The translations under genes and the position numbers were made by a program. A stretch of 64,000 nt of DNA from positions 62,001 through 126,000 of the forward strand of contig NIVC01000361.1 of NCBI GenBank assembly GCA_002269645.1. Direction: 5' to 3'. Source of the stretch: Macrostomum lignano. Lineage: Eukaryota. The notes beneath the pieces were generated by a model. That model did not search any database and was not told where the DNA came from. It saw nothing but the letters and a program-made list of their open reading frames with translations. Below are positions 1-12,166 of this stretch, piece after piece (the first letter of the stretch is position 1; each line of letters begins with the position of its first letter).

Positions 1-629
1 GCTCCACTCCTTCTAGGAGAGCAGCCCGCTGCAGCTGAAAATTTTCGGCGCTTTTTATGAGTCCGTTTGCTGTACAGATTTGCCTGCGTCTCTGCTGCTA
101 AGCCCGCCTGTTACTTGCGGACCACGTGCTCCTGTATTTTTATATTTCTGCTTCTATTATTATTTATTCATTTATTTTTGCAGTTGTTCAAATTTTAGTG
201 CGTGCTCTTTCTCTCTTTGTGTCCTTTATTAAACAATAGAATCTGCTAAATACACCAGGCAAACACATTTCAGCTACTAACAGTAATATATTATACACTC
301 TGCTTGGGTCTCATTTATCGGAATTCATTATTCATCGCAACGCGCGCCTGTTTTAGAATTCAACAAGATTTGCTTCATTTGATTATAAACTGCAGACAGA
401 CATTTAATAGATGGAGCTAGAGAGGTTCAGGTAAACTGAAGTTCACATTGTTTACCTTCAAAGCTGCTGATTTGTGCGACTCTGATTACTCCTGGCGGGT
501 CCAGTCTTGATTTTATAGGTCCGCATCAAGTGTCCGGCTCTTTCAAGAATGAAAATATTCAAGATGGTCCACCTAAGGCAGGAGGTAAAGCTACCGAGGC
601 TAATGAACCAACGTAAGGTACACGTAAAC

Positions 630-1290
630 ACAGACAGAGACAGACAGACAGACAGACAGACACATAGACAGACAGACAGACACTAAGACAGGCAGACAGA
701 CAGACTGACTGACTGCAGGACAGACAGACAGACAGGCAGACACTAAGACAGACAGACTGACTGACTGCAGGACAGACAGACACATAGACAGACAGACAGA
801 CACTAAGACAGGCAGACAGACAGACTGACTGACTGCAGGACAGACAGACAGACAGGCAGACACTAAGACAGACAGACTGACTGACTGCAGGACAGACAGA
901 CAGACAGACAGACAGACAGGCAGACACTAAGACAGACAGACTGACTGACTGCAGGACAGACAGACAGACAGACAGACAGACAGGCAGACACTAAGACAGA
1001 CTGACTGACTGACTGCAGGACAGACAGACAGACAGGCAGACACTAAGACAGACTGACTGACTGACTGCAGGACAGACAGACAGACAGACAGACAGACAGG
1101 CAGACACTAAGACAGACAGACTGACTGACTGCAGGACAGACAGACAGACAGGCAGACACTAAGACAGACTGACTGACTGACTGCAGGACAGACAGACAGA
1201 CAGGCAGACACTAAGACAGACAGACTGACTGACTGCAGGACAGACAGACAGACAGGCAGACACTAAGACAGACAGACTGACTGACTGCAG

Positions 1291-1326
<36 letters not shown>

Positions 1327-1362
1327 GGCAGACACTAAGACAGACTGACTGACTGACTGCAG

Positions 1363-1394
<32 letters not shown>

Positions 1395-1538
1395 GGCAGA
1401 CACTAAAACAGACAGACTGACTGACTGCAGGACAGACAGACAGACAGGCAGACACTAAGACAGACAGACTGACTGACTGCAGGACAGACAGACAGACAGA
1501 CAGGCAGACACTAAGACAGACAGACTGACTGACTGCAG

Positions 1539-1570
<32 letters not shown>

Positions 1571-1718
1571 GGCAGACACTAAGACAGACAGACTGACTGA
1601 CTGCAGGACAGACAGACAGACAGGCAGACACTAAGACAGACAGACTGACTGACTGCAGGACAGACAGACAGACAGACAGACAGGCAGACACTAAGACAGA
1701 CAGACTGACTGACTGCAG

Positions 1719-1750
<32 letters not shown>

Positions 1751-1838
1751 GGCAGACACTAAGACAGACTGACTGACTGACTGCAGGACAGACAGACAGA
1801 CAGGCAGACACTAAGACAGACTGACTGACTGACTGCAG

Positions 1839-1870
<32 letters not shown>

Positions 1871-2246
1871 GGCAGACACTAAGACAGACAGACTGACTGA
1901 CTGCAGGACAGACAGACAGACAGGCAGACACTAAGACAGACTGACTGACTGACTGCAGGACAGACAGACAGACAGACAGACAGACAGGCAGACACTAAGA
2001 CAGACAGACTGACTGACTGCAGGACAGACAGACAGACAGGCAGACACTAAAACAGACAGACTGACTGACTGCAGGACAGACAGACAGACAGGCAGACACT
2101 AAGACAGACAGACTGACTGACTGCAGGACAGACAGACAGACAGGCAGACACTAAGACAGACAGACTGACTGACTGCAGGACAGGCAGACAGACAGACAGA
2201 CAGACAGGCAGACACTAAGACAGACAGACTGACTGACTGACTGCAG

Positions 2247-2286
<40 letters not shown>

Positions 2287-2503
2287 GGCAGACAGACTGA
2301 CTGACTGACTGCAGGACAGACAGACAGACAGACACTAAGACAGACAGACTGACTGACTGACTGCAGGACAGACAGACAGACAGACAGACAGGCAGACATA
2401 CTGACTGACTGACTGCAGGACAGACAGACAGACAGGCAGACACTAAAACAGACAGACTGACTGACTGCAGGACAGACAGACAGACAGGCAGACACTAAGA
2501 CAG
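630..2503. repeat. Compound GACA/GACT satellite with fixed CACTAA and CTGCAG anchors
   Basis: Tetramer runs of variable length between constant anchors. Confidence 0.95.
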
Positions 2504-3298
2504 CAGAAGCAGAAGCCGCCAACAGGAAGCAGCCGGCTTGTTATTAATATTTCAACACTAATTACTTGCAAATAGGTTATATTTATAACTGATAGTATAA
2601 TTGTTATAAATAAATATAATATGTATTCTTACAAAACAAACAACGGGCAGGACTACAGAGACACGAGAAAAAATAAATCGCTAATGATGAGGGCGGGGCA
2701 GCTCTGAGACCGGGTTAAGCCAGGCGGGGGAAACGGAGCACGCATTGAGGAGACACAGCGCTACTGAAATGTGGCGAATAAAGATAGAAACAGTCTCAAA
2801 CAACATTCGGCGGCGAAAATAAGCGAGTCACCTGCATTGGGGATTTAATAACAGCATTACTAAATTAAAAATAACAGAAAGCATCCACTGAAAGCTTGCG
2901 CCAGAAACTTTACATCAATAGGGTTTCCTGGGAACATAATAACAAAATGACAAAAGTTGATGAAGTCTTATTTATGAATTTCTGAAACTGAAATTTCGAC
3001 TGCCGATATGTTGCGTAAATAACTTCGCGGAGCATAATTTCTCAAGTATATATAATAGGGGTGGATTCGGCGCTTGGTCCAATAGCGACAGTTCGTTTAA
3101 TTAAGTTTGAAACAGCGAAAAAATAATGATCTGCTGGACAAGAGAAGCGGCAACAAAGACTACACTGGGTATTATTGACACAAAGACCACCAGATAAACA
3201 ACCAGAGTGCAGACAGCAGACAACAGCAAATACGCGGCATCCATAAACACAAATACGGGCATTTCTAGTTCGGAATATCAGAGAGTGAATTGAAAATC

Positions 3299-3472
3299 TC
3301 AAACTGTCGATTCAAGCACTGAGACGGCGTCCCTGACGGCTCTGTACAGCAGTCTGCGGAGCGGCAGCCTATTGTGCTGGCGCATCTCCCGGCCCGTGGC
3401 CAGACACTGGCGGCAGCTCTCCTGGCTGACAAAATCCACTGACAGGCTGATGCCGCTGTGCAGGTTGCGCAC
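3299..3472 (-). CDS. KDM3: KDM3-like last coding exon (JmjC end + C-terminal helix)
   Basis: CAG acceptor 3474-3473; VRNLHSGISLSVDFVSQE...LLYRAVRDAVSVLESTV* parallels KDM3 VHNLYSCIKVAEDFVSPE...IIYHAVKDAV; TGA at 3301-3299. Confidence 0.9.
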   Translation of the reverse strand: MRNLHSGISLSVDFVSQESCRQCLATGREMRQHNRLPLRRLLYRAVRDAVSVLESTV

Positions 3473-3483
3473 CTGGGCAAATG

Positions 3484-4290
3484 TTGCAGAATGCAGATGC
3501 AGATTTCAGAACGTGGGGGATTCCTGATTGCAGTGTGGTGGATTCCCGATTGCAGAACGTGGGGGGGGATTCCCGATTACAGAATGTGGGGGTAGGGAAT
3601 TCCCGATTGCAGAATGTGGAGGGGGGAATTCCCGATTGCAGAATGTGGAGGGGAGGATTCCCGATTGCAGAATGTGGGGGATTCCCGATTGCAGAGTGTG
3701 GGGGGAATCCTGATTGCAGAATGTGGGGGGAATCCTGATTGCAGAATGTGGGGGGAATCCCGATTGCAGAGTGTGGGGGGGGGAATCCTGATTTCAGAAT
3801 GTGGTGGGGGGAATCCCGATTGCAGAGTGTGGGGGAATCCCGATTGCAGAATGTGGGGGGAATCCCGATTGCAGAATGTGGGGGGAATCCTGATTGTCGA
3901 ATGTGGGGGGGGGGGGTCCTGATTGCCGAATGTGGGGGGGGATCCTGATTGCAGAATGTGGGGGATTCCCGATTGCAGAATGTGGGAGGATTCCCGATTG
4001 CAGAATGTGGGAGGATTCCCGATTGCAGAATGTGGGAGGATTCCCGATTGCAGAATGTGGGAGGATTCCCGATTGCAGAATATGGGAGGATTCCTGATTG
4101 CAGAATGTGGGAGGATTCCCGATTGCAGAATGTGGGAGGATTCCTGATTGCAGAATGTGGGGGATTCCCGATTGCAGAATGTGGGGGATTCCCGATTGCA
4201 GAATGTGGGAGGATTCCCGATTGCAGAATGTGGGAGGATTCCCGATTTTAAGATGTGAGGGAATTTCCGATTGCAGAATGTGAGGGGGGA
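3484..4290. repeat. 24-25-bp minisatellite filling KDM3 last intron
   Basis: Unit GATTCCCGATTGCAGAATGTGGGAG. Confidence 0.95.
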
Positions 4291-4302
4291 TTTCGGCCCT
4301 AC

Positions 4303-5877
4303 CTGATAAGGCGCCCCGGCGGGCACGAAGACGGTGTCGCCCTGGAACTGCACAATCACGGCGGGGCGCAGGCCGCACTTGAGTCTGAGCCGGTCCAGCT
4401 CCGCAGGTCCCACGTAGGTGCCCGTCTGCTCCGCCAGCGGGTTGCCGCCGCCATTTTCGGCGCCGGCAGCCAGGAAGCGGCGCAGTTTGGCGGCGTCGGC
4501 AGGCCGGAAGACGTGCCAGAGGGCGCCGGGCAGACGGGAGTCCACGGCGATGGAGCGCAGGACGCCGGGGTCAACGCTGGCCCGCTCCAGTGCGGCGAAG
4601 GCGGCGGCCTTCTGCTGCTCCAGCGCGTCCTCCGGAGCGGCCACGTGGGCCAGCAGCACGGCCAGGTCGGCTGGCTGGCAGTGCAGCGCGAATGTGCCGG
4701 CAGTCTCGGTGCGCGACATGCCGTAGGCGCAGGTGAGCCGGGGAGGCGCGCAGCCGGCCGCCAGGTTGCAGCGGCCGCCGGCTCCGGTGTACTCGGCAAA
4801 CGGCACAGCCTTGGCGAGCTCGGACAGCGGCAGGCTGAACGGCTGGCCGGCGGGCGGGCGGAGCCGCAGCGAAAGCGGGTCGCCTGTGGCGGGGTTCTTC
4901 AGCCGGCGCTTCATGCTGTCGAAGCCGTCCCAGAAGTGGCGGGTGGGGCTGGCGGGCAGCTCGGTGCCGGCGTCGCAGTTCAGCACGCTGCATCGGCAGC
5001 CGGTCAGGCCGCGGCTCAGACTGCGCGGATGCCACCAGGCGTCGGCAGCAGCGGCGGCAGCGGCTGGCAGGCAGTTGGCCACCACAACTGGGAGGCCGCG
5101 GCGCCAGTGCCGCTGGAAGGCCAAGCAGCCGGGGCCGTCGGCCTGGCGCGGCGGCTCAGAGAAGCGCAGGATGAGGCTCCGGTTGTACGCGGCCTCCGCG
5201 TCTGGGTCTGCCGGGCTGTCGGCGGCTACTGGCGGCGGCGGCGGCGGCGGCGACTCCGGCGGGGAGAGCGGCGGCACGCGGAGGCTGGCAACGGCGGAGG
5301 CGAGGCGGGCGAAGGCGTCCCCAGGGACGTTGGTGGCCAGCAGCAGGCGGTCGGGCTCGTGCGCCTGCCGACCGACCGTGCAGTCGCCTGCGGCTGCCAC
5401 GCCGCCGCCTGGACGAAGCCGCGTCGCTGGCCGGTCGGAGGAGGAGGCGGCAGCGGCTGCTGCGGCGGCGGCTGGGTCGGAGAGGCGGCAGTCGGGCAGA
5501 GGGCGTAGCCGCACTTGCCGCAGCAGAAGTAGGCGCCGAACAGCGTTGAGTCGCACTGGTCGCAGGCTGTACCGCAGTTGCCCCGTCCGACGCCGCCGAC
5601 GTCTCGACGGCGCCAAAGCGACGCGGCGTTCGTGCCATCGCCCCCGGCTCCGCCGTAGCGGGCGCGCAGCTGGCGCTCCTGGCTGGCGAGTTCCTGGAAG
5701 GCTTCGCCGACAAAACTCAGCAGCCGTCGGGCCTCCGAGGCGACGACGCCAGGGGCGGCGGCTGCGGCGGCTCCGTTTGGCGGCTTGCGCAGCCAGGCGG
5801 CCAGGTCCTCGGGCTCGGCCTCGGTTGACTCGCAGAAGCCGCAGGCGGTCAAGCCGCCTTTCTTGTTGTAGCGCAGC
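4303..5877 (-). CDS. KDM3: KDM3-like coding exon 5 (zinc finger + most of JmjC); 1-nt frameshift at ~5494-5496
   Basis: CDQCDSTLFGAYFCCGKCGYALC/PDC zinc finger; FQRHWRRGLPVVV, FWDGF, GALWHVF, VQFQGDTVFVPAGAPYQ are KDM3 JmjC hallmarks; acceptor 5879-5878, donor 4302. Homology switches frame at TGC-CC-GAC. Confidence 0.92.
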
Positions 5878-5933
5878 CTGCGGTGCAAGATGGCGGAGAG
5901 ATTGGATTCTGGGCTGCCAGATTGGATGTCAGG

Positions 5934-6070
5934 CGGCGCCAAGCTGGGTACTAGTGGCGCCAAGCTGGGTACTAGTGGCGCCAAGCTAGGTACTAGTGGC
6001 GCCAAGCTGGGTACTAGTGGCGCCAAGCTGGGTACTAGTGGCGCCAAGCTGGGTACTAGTGGCGCCAAAC
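5934..6070. repeat. 21-bp minisatellite (GGCGCC core)
   Basis: Unit GGCGCCAAGCTGGGTACTAGT, ~6 copies. Confidence 0.95.
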
Positions 6071-6682
6071 TCTAGTTTTTCATACCTTTGCTCCGATTTA
6101 TTGATAAAAAATGAATTATATTTTTGTTTTCAAGTGATTCTACGCAGGCAAACTACTTAAAGTAGGTGATAATAAATGCCTAATATAAAAGTTTGCATAA
6201 AATTTACGTTTCTAAATATTTTCTAGCTTGTTTCAGCCTCGTGACTCAGACGTGCGCTGTCTCAGACTATTTTTAGTGCATTCGCCTGCCTATATGCAGT
6301 AGATAAGTTCGGAGGCCTCCTAATTAAATTATGCCAGTTTAGGAGGCCAGATTAATAATAGAATAGATGGATCGATAGGAGTACGGATTGTAATAAATTA
6401 AGCCTAATGCTCCGTTCGTGTTAACTCGACTTGTACCGCGCGCGCTCCCTGCCTTGCCAGTTATGCACTTTTATGCACTTTTACGGAGGCCGCTGGGACA
6501 GAACGGTTCTCTCTCCTGAATGCTCTCCACCCCCCCCCCGGGAGGACAGACACGGAGTTGCGTCCTTAGGGAATTCGATTGTAGCATGCAAGTATATGTA
6601 TGGGATTATAAGGAATTGGCTGGGGACACCGCGCTTTCGTGTGAGTCAGTTCTCGAGCGGAATTTCACGAAGCGGAGGCGTT

Positions 6683-6895
6683 TCACATTCCCCAGTGACA
6701 TCCGCCTCAACATTCCCCAGTGACATCCGAATGCACATTCCCCAGTGACATCCGACTGCACATTCCCCAGTGACATCCGACTGCACATTCCCGAGTGACA
6801 TTCGACTGCACATTCCCCAGTGACATCCGACTGCACATTCCCCAGTGACATCCGACTGCACATTCCCCAGTGACATCCGACTGCACATTCCCGAG
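6683..6895. repeat. 25-bp minisatellite
   Basis: Unit CACATTCCCCAGTGACATCCGACTG. Confidence 0.93.
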
Positions 6896-7384
6896 CAGTT
6901 GTTATAAGAGGCCTATCTAGCCTAAATGCTGATGACAAGCACCATAATGTCAGTTTCTAATTGCGTCACTGCACTCCAAGCCGCAGCCTGAGAAACGGTA
7001 CGATAGCGCTGGCTGCAAAATTAATAAATTCGGCTACAGAATAGATGGGGCGCCGTTTCCAATTGCAGACTAACAAACACACAACTAGGATTTTAAAGGG
7101 TTTGCTACAAAAAAATTGTTGCAAACAGATAGAAAGACGGAAGCTTTTCTACTTGACTGGATGAGTGGCTTGCTACTGTTGCAGTCACGATTCTTTAATT
7201 TTAGACTGCGTGCGAAAACTGAGCCTCCCTTCATGCATGCTCCACTGCTTTCATCTTTTCCCAACCTAACGCAGGCTGTCCTTTACCTCACCTGCCCCTA
7301 TTGCTCTCCCTTCTATTCCCTCCCTTTCTCAAATCCTACCTTCTGTGTGCCACAATTAGTGCAGACCTCTCCCACTCTCCTTGT

Positions 7385-7850
7385 GTTACCCTCTCCCTCT
7401 CCTTCACCTTCTCTCCTTCACCTTCTCTCCCTCACATTCTCTCCCTCACCCTCTCTCCCTCACCCTCTCTCCCTCACCCTCTCTCCCTCACCTTCTCTCC
7501 CTCACCTTCTCTCCCTCACCCTCTCTCCCTCACCCTCTCTCCCTCACCCTCTCTCCCTCACCTTCTCTCCCTCACCTTCTCTCCCTCACCTTCTCTCCTT
7601 CACCTTCTCTCCTTCACCTTCTCTCCTTCACCTTCTCTCCCTCACCCTCTCTCCCTCACCCTCTCTTCCTCACCTTCTCTCCTTCACCTTCTCTCCCTCA
7701 CCCTCTCTCCCTCACCTTCTCTCCCTCACCTTCTCTCCTTCACCTTCTCTCCTTCACTTTCTCTCCCTCACATTCTCTCCCTCACCCTCTCTCCCTCACC
7801 TTCTCTTCCTCACATTCTCTCCCTCACCTTCTCTCCGACCCTCTCCCTTC
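7385..7850. repeat. CT-rich polypyrimidine repeat
   Basis: CTCTCCCTCACC(T/C) iterations. Confidence 0.93.
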
Positions 7851-8619
7851 ATTTCTCTACTAGTATCTGCAGTTTTCGCCTCTCCCTCCTGTCTCCTTAC
7901 CTGCCTCTCCCCAGTCTTTCTCTTTGAATTCCCAGTTCTCCCTTCTCTCCCCTTCGCCATTGTTTCTTTCCAGCTTTCTCAAACCCCCTTCCCTTGTAAG
8001 CAACAACAGCAACAGCCCGCAAAGTTTACGTGGCGTTCCCGGCCTCCCCCGCCCTTCGCCATTATCTTTACCTAGCTCACTATTTAACTACTCAAGAATT
8101 TTCTGCTCAGTCTTTCTCAGTTGAACACGAGGCTCCGATTGCAGCCGGTGCGCTCTGTATTATTTTACTGACTATAGTTAGCCAAGCCAGCTAGGCTTGT
8201 CAGACCGGCAACAGGCCGGGCGGAAATGCAGACCCGCGGCACCCGTCCACCTCCCCTCCCCGTCCGCAAGCCCGCCTGTTGTTTGTTGCACTGCTAGTTG
8301 CTAGCTAATTCTGGGCTTTTTCTCTGCTTTGCTTTGGGCATAGCCTGACATTCTGAAAATACAGTTTCTTTCATTTCTTTAAACACCATCCTACAGCAGG
8401 CTTGTCTACGGTGCAATATTCGGCTCAATTCATCAGGGTATGTGTCCGTGCAAGAGCAGAATTAGGGAAATGTGTGACATTTAATGATACCGACTCATAT
8501 CACTTTGACACTATAATACAACTATACCTCTGACTCCTCTACACTCCTCCACTCTGACAACTTTTGTCCTCACCCCGAAACCTATGATTACACACCCATA
8601 CAAGTACAAACAAATACAC

Positions 8620-9360
8620 CCAGACACCTCAAATCTCACACCTAGACACCTCAAATCTCACACCCAGACACCTCAAATCTCACACCCAGACACCTCAAAT
8701 CTCACACCCAGACATCCCAAATCTCGCACCTAGACACCTCAAATCTCACACCCAGACACCTCAAATCTCACACCTAGACACCTCAAATCTCGCACCCAGA
8801 CACCTCAAATCTCACACCTAGACACCTCAAATCTCACACCTAGACACCTCAAATCTCACACTCAGACACCTCAAATCTCACACCTAGACACCTCAAATCT
8901 CACACCTAGACACCTCAAATCTCACACCCAGACACCTCAAATCTCACACCCAGACACCTCAAATCTCACACCCAGACACCTCAAATCTCACACTGACACC
9001 TCAAATCTCACACCCAGACACCTCAAATCTCACACTTAGACACCTCAAGTCTCACACCTAGACACCTCAAATCTCACACCCAGACACCTCAAATCTCACA
9101 CCCAGACATCCTAAATCTCACACTCAGATACCTCAAATCGCACACCTAGACACCTCAAATCGCACACCTAGACACCTCAAATCTCACACTCAGACACCTC
9201 AAATCTCACACCTAGACACCTCAAATCTCACACCTAGACACCTCAAATCTCACACCCAGACACCTCAAATCTCACACCTAGACACGTCAAATTTCACACC
9301 CAGACACCTCAAATCTCACACCCAGACACCTCAAATCTCGCACCCAGACACCTCAAATCC
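8620..9360. repeat. 22-bp minisatellite
   Basis: Unit CACACCCAGACACCTCAAATCT. Confidence 0.95.
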
Positions 9361-9440
9361 ATCCCTGCCAGCCGCCCCCAATCCAGTCCCAGTCCCAAAA
9401 TGCCACCACACAGAGCCCGCAACTCAAAAAACTGTCTCAC

Positions 9441-9666
9441 TTTCTAAATCCAATGAACCGACAGGCTGTCCCGTCAGCGCTGGCCACGACAGCAGCGGTC
9501 GACTTGGCCATGGCGGCGGCGTGCTGCCCGGCTGGCCGGCACTCGCGACACTTCGCCAGCTTGGCGCAGGCGAGCTGAGAGCACGGCGAGTCCTGAACGA
9601 ACTGCTCAAGGCTGCGCTCGTAGTGCTCGCGACCGTGCTTGTTGAGAGGCCGGGCTAGTGCGCCCA
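9441..9666 (-). CDS. KDM3: KDM3-like coding exon 4
   Basis: FVQDSPC..KLAKCRECR..ACRFIGFRK matches the KDM3 motif FLQDGSC..HKCRECR..CRFFHFRR; AG acceptor 9668-9667, GTGAG donor 9440. Confidence 0.88.
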
Positions 9667-9696
9667 CTGCCGATGGGAAAGCAGAGTAGGTGGCAC

Positions 9697-10095
9697 TGCT
9701 AGATGCTGAGTGACTGACTGCTAGATGCTGAGTGACTGACTGCTAGATGCTGACTGACTGACTGCTAGATGCTGAGTGACTGACTGCTAGATGCTGAGTG
9801 ACTGACTGCTAGATGCTGAGTGACTGACTGCTAGATGCTGACTGACTGACTGCTAGATGCTGAGTGACTGACTGCTAGATGCTGAGTGACTGACTGCTAG
9901 ATGCTGAGTGACTGACTGCTAGATGCTGAGTGACTGACTGCTAGATGCTGAGTGACTGATTGCTAGATGCTGATTGACTGACTGCTAGATGCTGAGTGAC
10001 TGACTGCTAGATGCTGACTGACTGACTGCTAGATGCTGAGTGACTGACTGCTAGATGCTGAGTGACTGACTGCTAGATGCTGAGTGACTGACTGC
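9697..10095. repeat. 22-bp minisatellite next to exon 4 acceptor
   Basis: Unit TGCTAGATGCTGAGTGACTGAC. Confidence 0.95.
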
Positions 10096-10671
10096 TGGAA
10101 GCCATGAAAGCTGCCCTTGAGGGGATAATTTTAGAAAACAAGGCATCATCATATTTTGTTAGCTAGTCGAGCAAAATACTCAGGTTGCTGAGCACTCGCC
10201 CTCCCCTGTTTCCCATCGCACACAAGCAAGCATAATTTGGCTAAACACAGACGAGAGCGCAGGAACTATTAAGGCTGTTTGGCCTTATTTTTGTTTGAGT
10301 AATTTTTTTTGCTGAGCAGCTGCCCGCAGGCAAGGGCACTTTGCTAATTAAATAGCAAGGTTTCAACACGCGCAAACGCAGACACGCACACACTGGCCCT
10401 AAAAATTGCTGGTTCAGAGAAAGAGAGAGAGAGCAGGTGTCTCAAAAATGACAGGTGCGGGCCGTTAGCAATCAGACAGAGAATGCAAAGCTAAGTGAAA
10501 GCAAGCTAGAAAATTGCCACGAAAAGCATAGGCATTAAACACAGACCATGATTACAGAGGCCTCGGAATGCTTTAATTACTAGCCTTCCCCTCGCCTGTT
10601 GATATTCCGGTGTACTTTTCTGCTCAGCGCTCTATAATCCTCTGGCCCCGAAACTCAAGCACAGCACTGCG

Positions 10672-11604
10672 CAAGGTCGGCAAATTCCGGCTCTCAGGTG
10701 CTTTGAAACTTCACAATAGCAATCCGGACCGCTCAAGGTTTGTGTCTCTTCTCACCTCTCTTTTCTAATAATCTCCTCTCCTGTTTTCTCTCCTATCCTC
10801 TCTCTCCTTTCATCTCTCCTCTCCTCTCTCCTCTCCTCTCCTCTCTCCTCTCTCCTCTCTCCTCTCCTCTCTCATCTCTCCTGTCCTCTCACCTCTCTCA
10901 TCTCTCCTCTCCTCTCTCATCTCCTCTCTTTCATCTCTCCTCTCCTCTCTCATCTCTCCTGTGCTCTCTCCTATCCTCTCTCATCTCTCATCTCTCCTCT
11001 CCTCTCTCCTCTCTCCCTCTCTCATCTCTCCTCTCTCATCTCCTCTCTCATCTCCTCTCTTTCATCTCTTCTCTCCTCTCTCATCTCTCCTGTGCTCTCT
11101 CCTATCCTCTCTCATCTCTCCTCTCCTCTCTCCTCTCTCCCTCTCTCATCTCTCCTCTCTCATCTCTCCTGTCCTCTCACCTCTCTCATCTCTCCACTAC
11201 TCTCTCATCACCTCTCTTTCATCTCTCCTCTCCTCTCTCATCTCTCCTCTCCTCTCTCTCATCTCTCCACTCTCTCATCTCTCCTCTCTCCTCTCTCCTC
11301 TCTCCTCTCTCCTCTCTCCTCTCCTCTCTCCCTCTCTCATCACCTCTCTCCCTCTCTCATCTCTCCTCTCTCCTCTCTCATCTCTCCTCTCCTCTCTCCT
11401 CTCTCATCTCTCCTCTCTCCTCTCTCCTCTCTCCTCTCTCATCTCTCCTCTCCAATCTCTTCTCTCTGTTCTCCAATCTCCGCTCTTCCGTCGCTTCTCC
11501 TTTCTCCTATCTCTATTCTCTATTTTCCCAGACACTCTCCTCTCTCCCCTCCTCTAGTAGGCATGCGCTAGGTTCTCTAGGTTCACTCTGCGCTAGGTCG
11601 CCTG
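10672..11604. mobile_element. hAT-like MITE with expanded CT-rich interior
   Basis: Left end CAAGGTCGGCAAA, degenerate 8-bp TSD GCACTGCG/GCATAGCG; ~50-bp block (TTTGAAACT..TAGCAATCCGG.CCGCTCAAGGTTTGTGTCTCTT) shared with 42640-42695. Confidence 0.5.
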
Positions 11605-12063
11605 GCATAGCGGCAAGCATTCTGAGCAAAAATACCTTCTTAATTATCGTAGTAGCCCCCGAAAACGTTTGCACTTGCGCCCCCCCCCAGTTGCCCCCCA
11701 TTTTCTGCTGCATAAGCCCGCCAAAAGGCACACGCGCGCTAAAACATATACCATAATAATTTCAAACTCCAACGAGTCCTTAAAATAGTGAGCAGTCCTA
11801 TAACTGCAGACACGCAGAATGTTAAACCAGAATTAGTTTTGAATGGCTTGCCAAGAACAATAAACCTAGAGGACAAAAGCACGAGAGCTGAGAGCAGCTG
11901 ACGAATCCTTCAGTTTAGAAGGCCTTCTCACATTTAATTTCCATTCTTTTCATTTCATACACTATTTATGGAGCGCAAAGGTTAGTTAAGCACACTGAAT
12001 ATGGTGTCTAGTTTAGAAAACTAATAGGACAAGCAAGAGCGAGGCTTGCATGCTACTCAACTC

Positions 12064-12165
12064 GGGCCCGCTGGCGCAGTGGAGTAGCGAGTGACACCAA
12101 GACGGCTGGCCCTTGTAGTTTCGAATCTTAGTTTGTACAATTCTCAACAAAATGGTGATGGGAAC
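12064..12165 (+). mobile_element. tRNA-derived SINE-like head
   Basis: A-box TGGCGCAGTGG (12072) and B-box-like GTTTCGAATC (12118) at tRNA-like spacing; no complete cloverleaf. Confidence 0.5.
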
Positions 12166-12166
12166 A

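Noticed and set aside
519-612. Possible small plus-strand exon (AG at 517-518, GTAAG at 613) and another donor at ~431
   Set aside because: Open in two frames, no homology recognised and no convincing downstream exon; needs RNA-seq.
559-2522. Ser/Val/Cys/Leu ORFs over the GACA satellite
   Set aside because: Stop-free translations of a tetramer-based repeat; no unique coding sequence.
4255-5989. 400-aa plus-strand ORFs opposite KDM3 exon 5 (and similar ORFs opposite the other GC-rich exons)
   Set aside because: Antisense shadows of high-GC3 coding sequence with no recognisable motifs.
12064-12135. Functional tRNA gene
   Set aside because: Internal promoter boxes are present but there are no paired acceptor or anticodon stems; treated as a SINE head.
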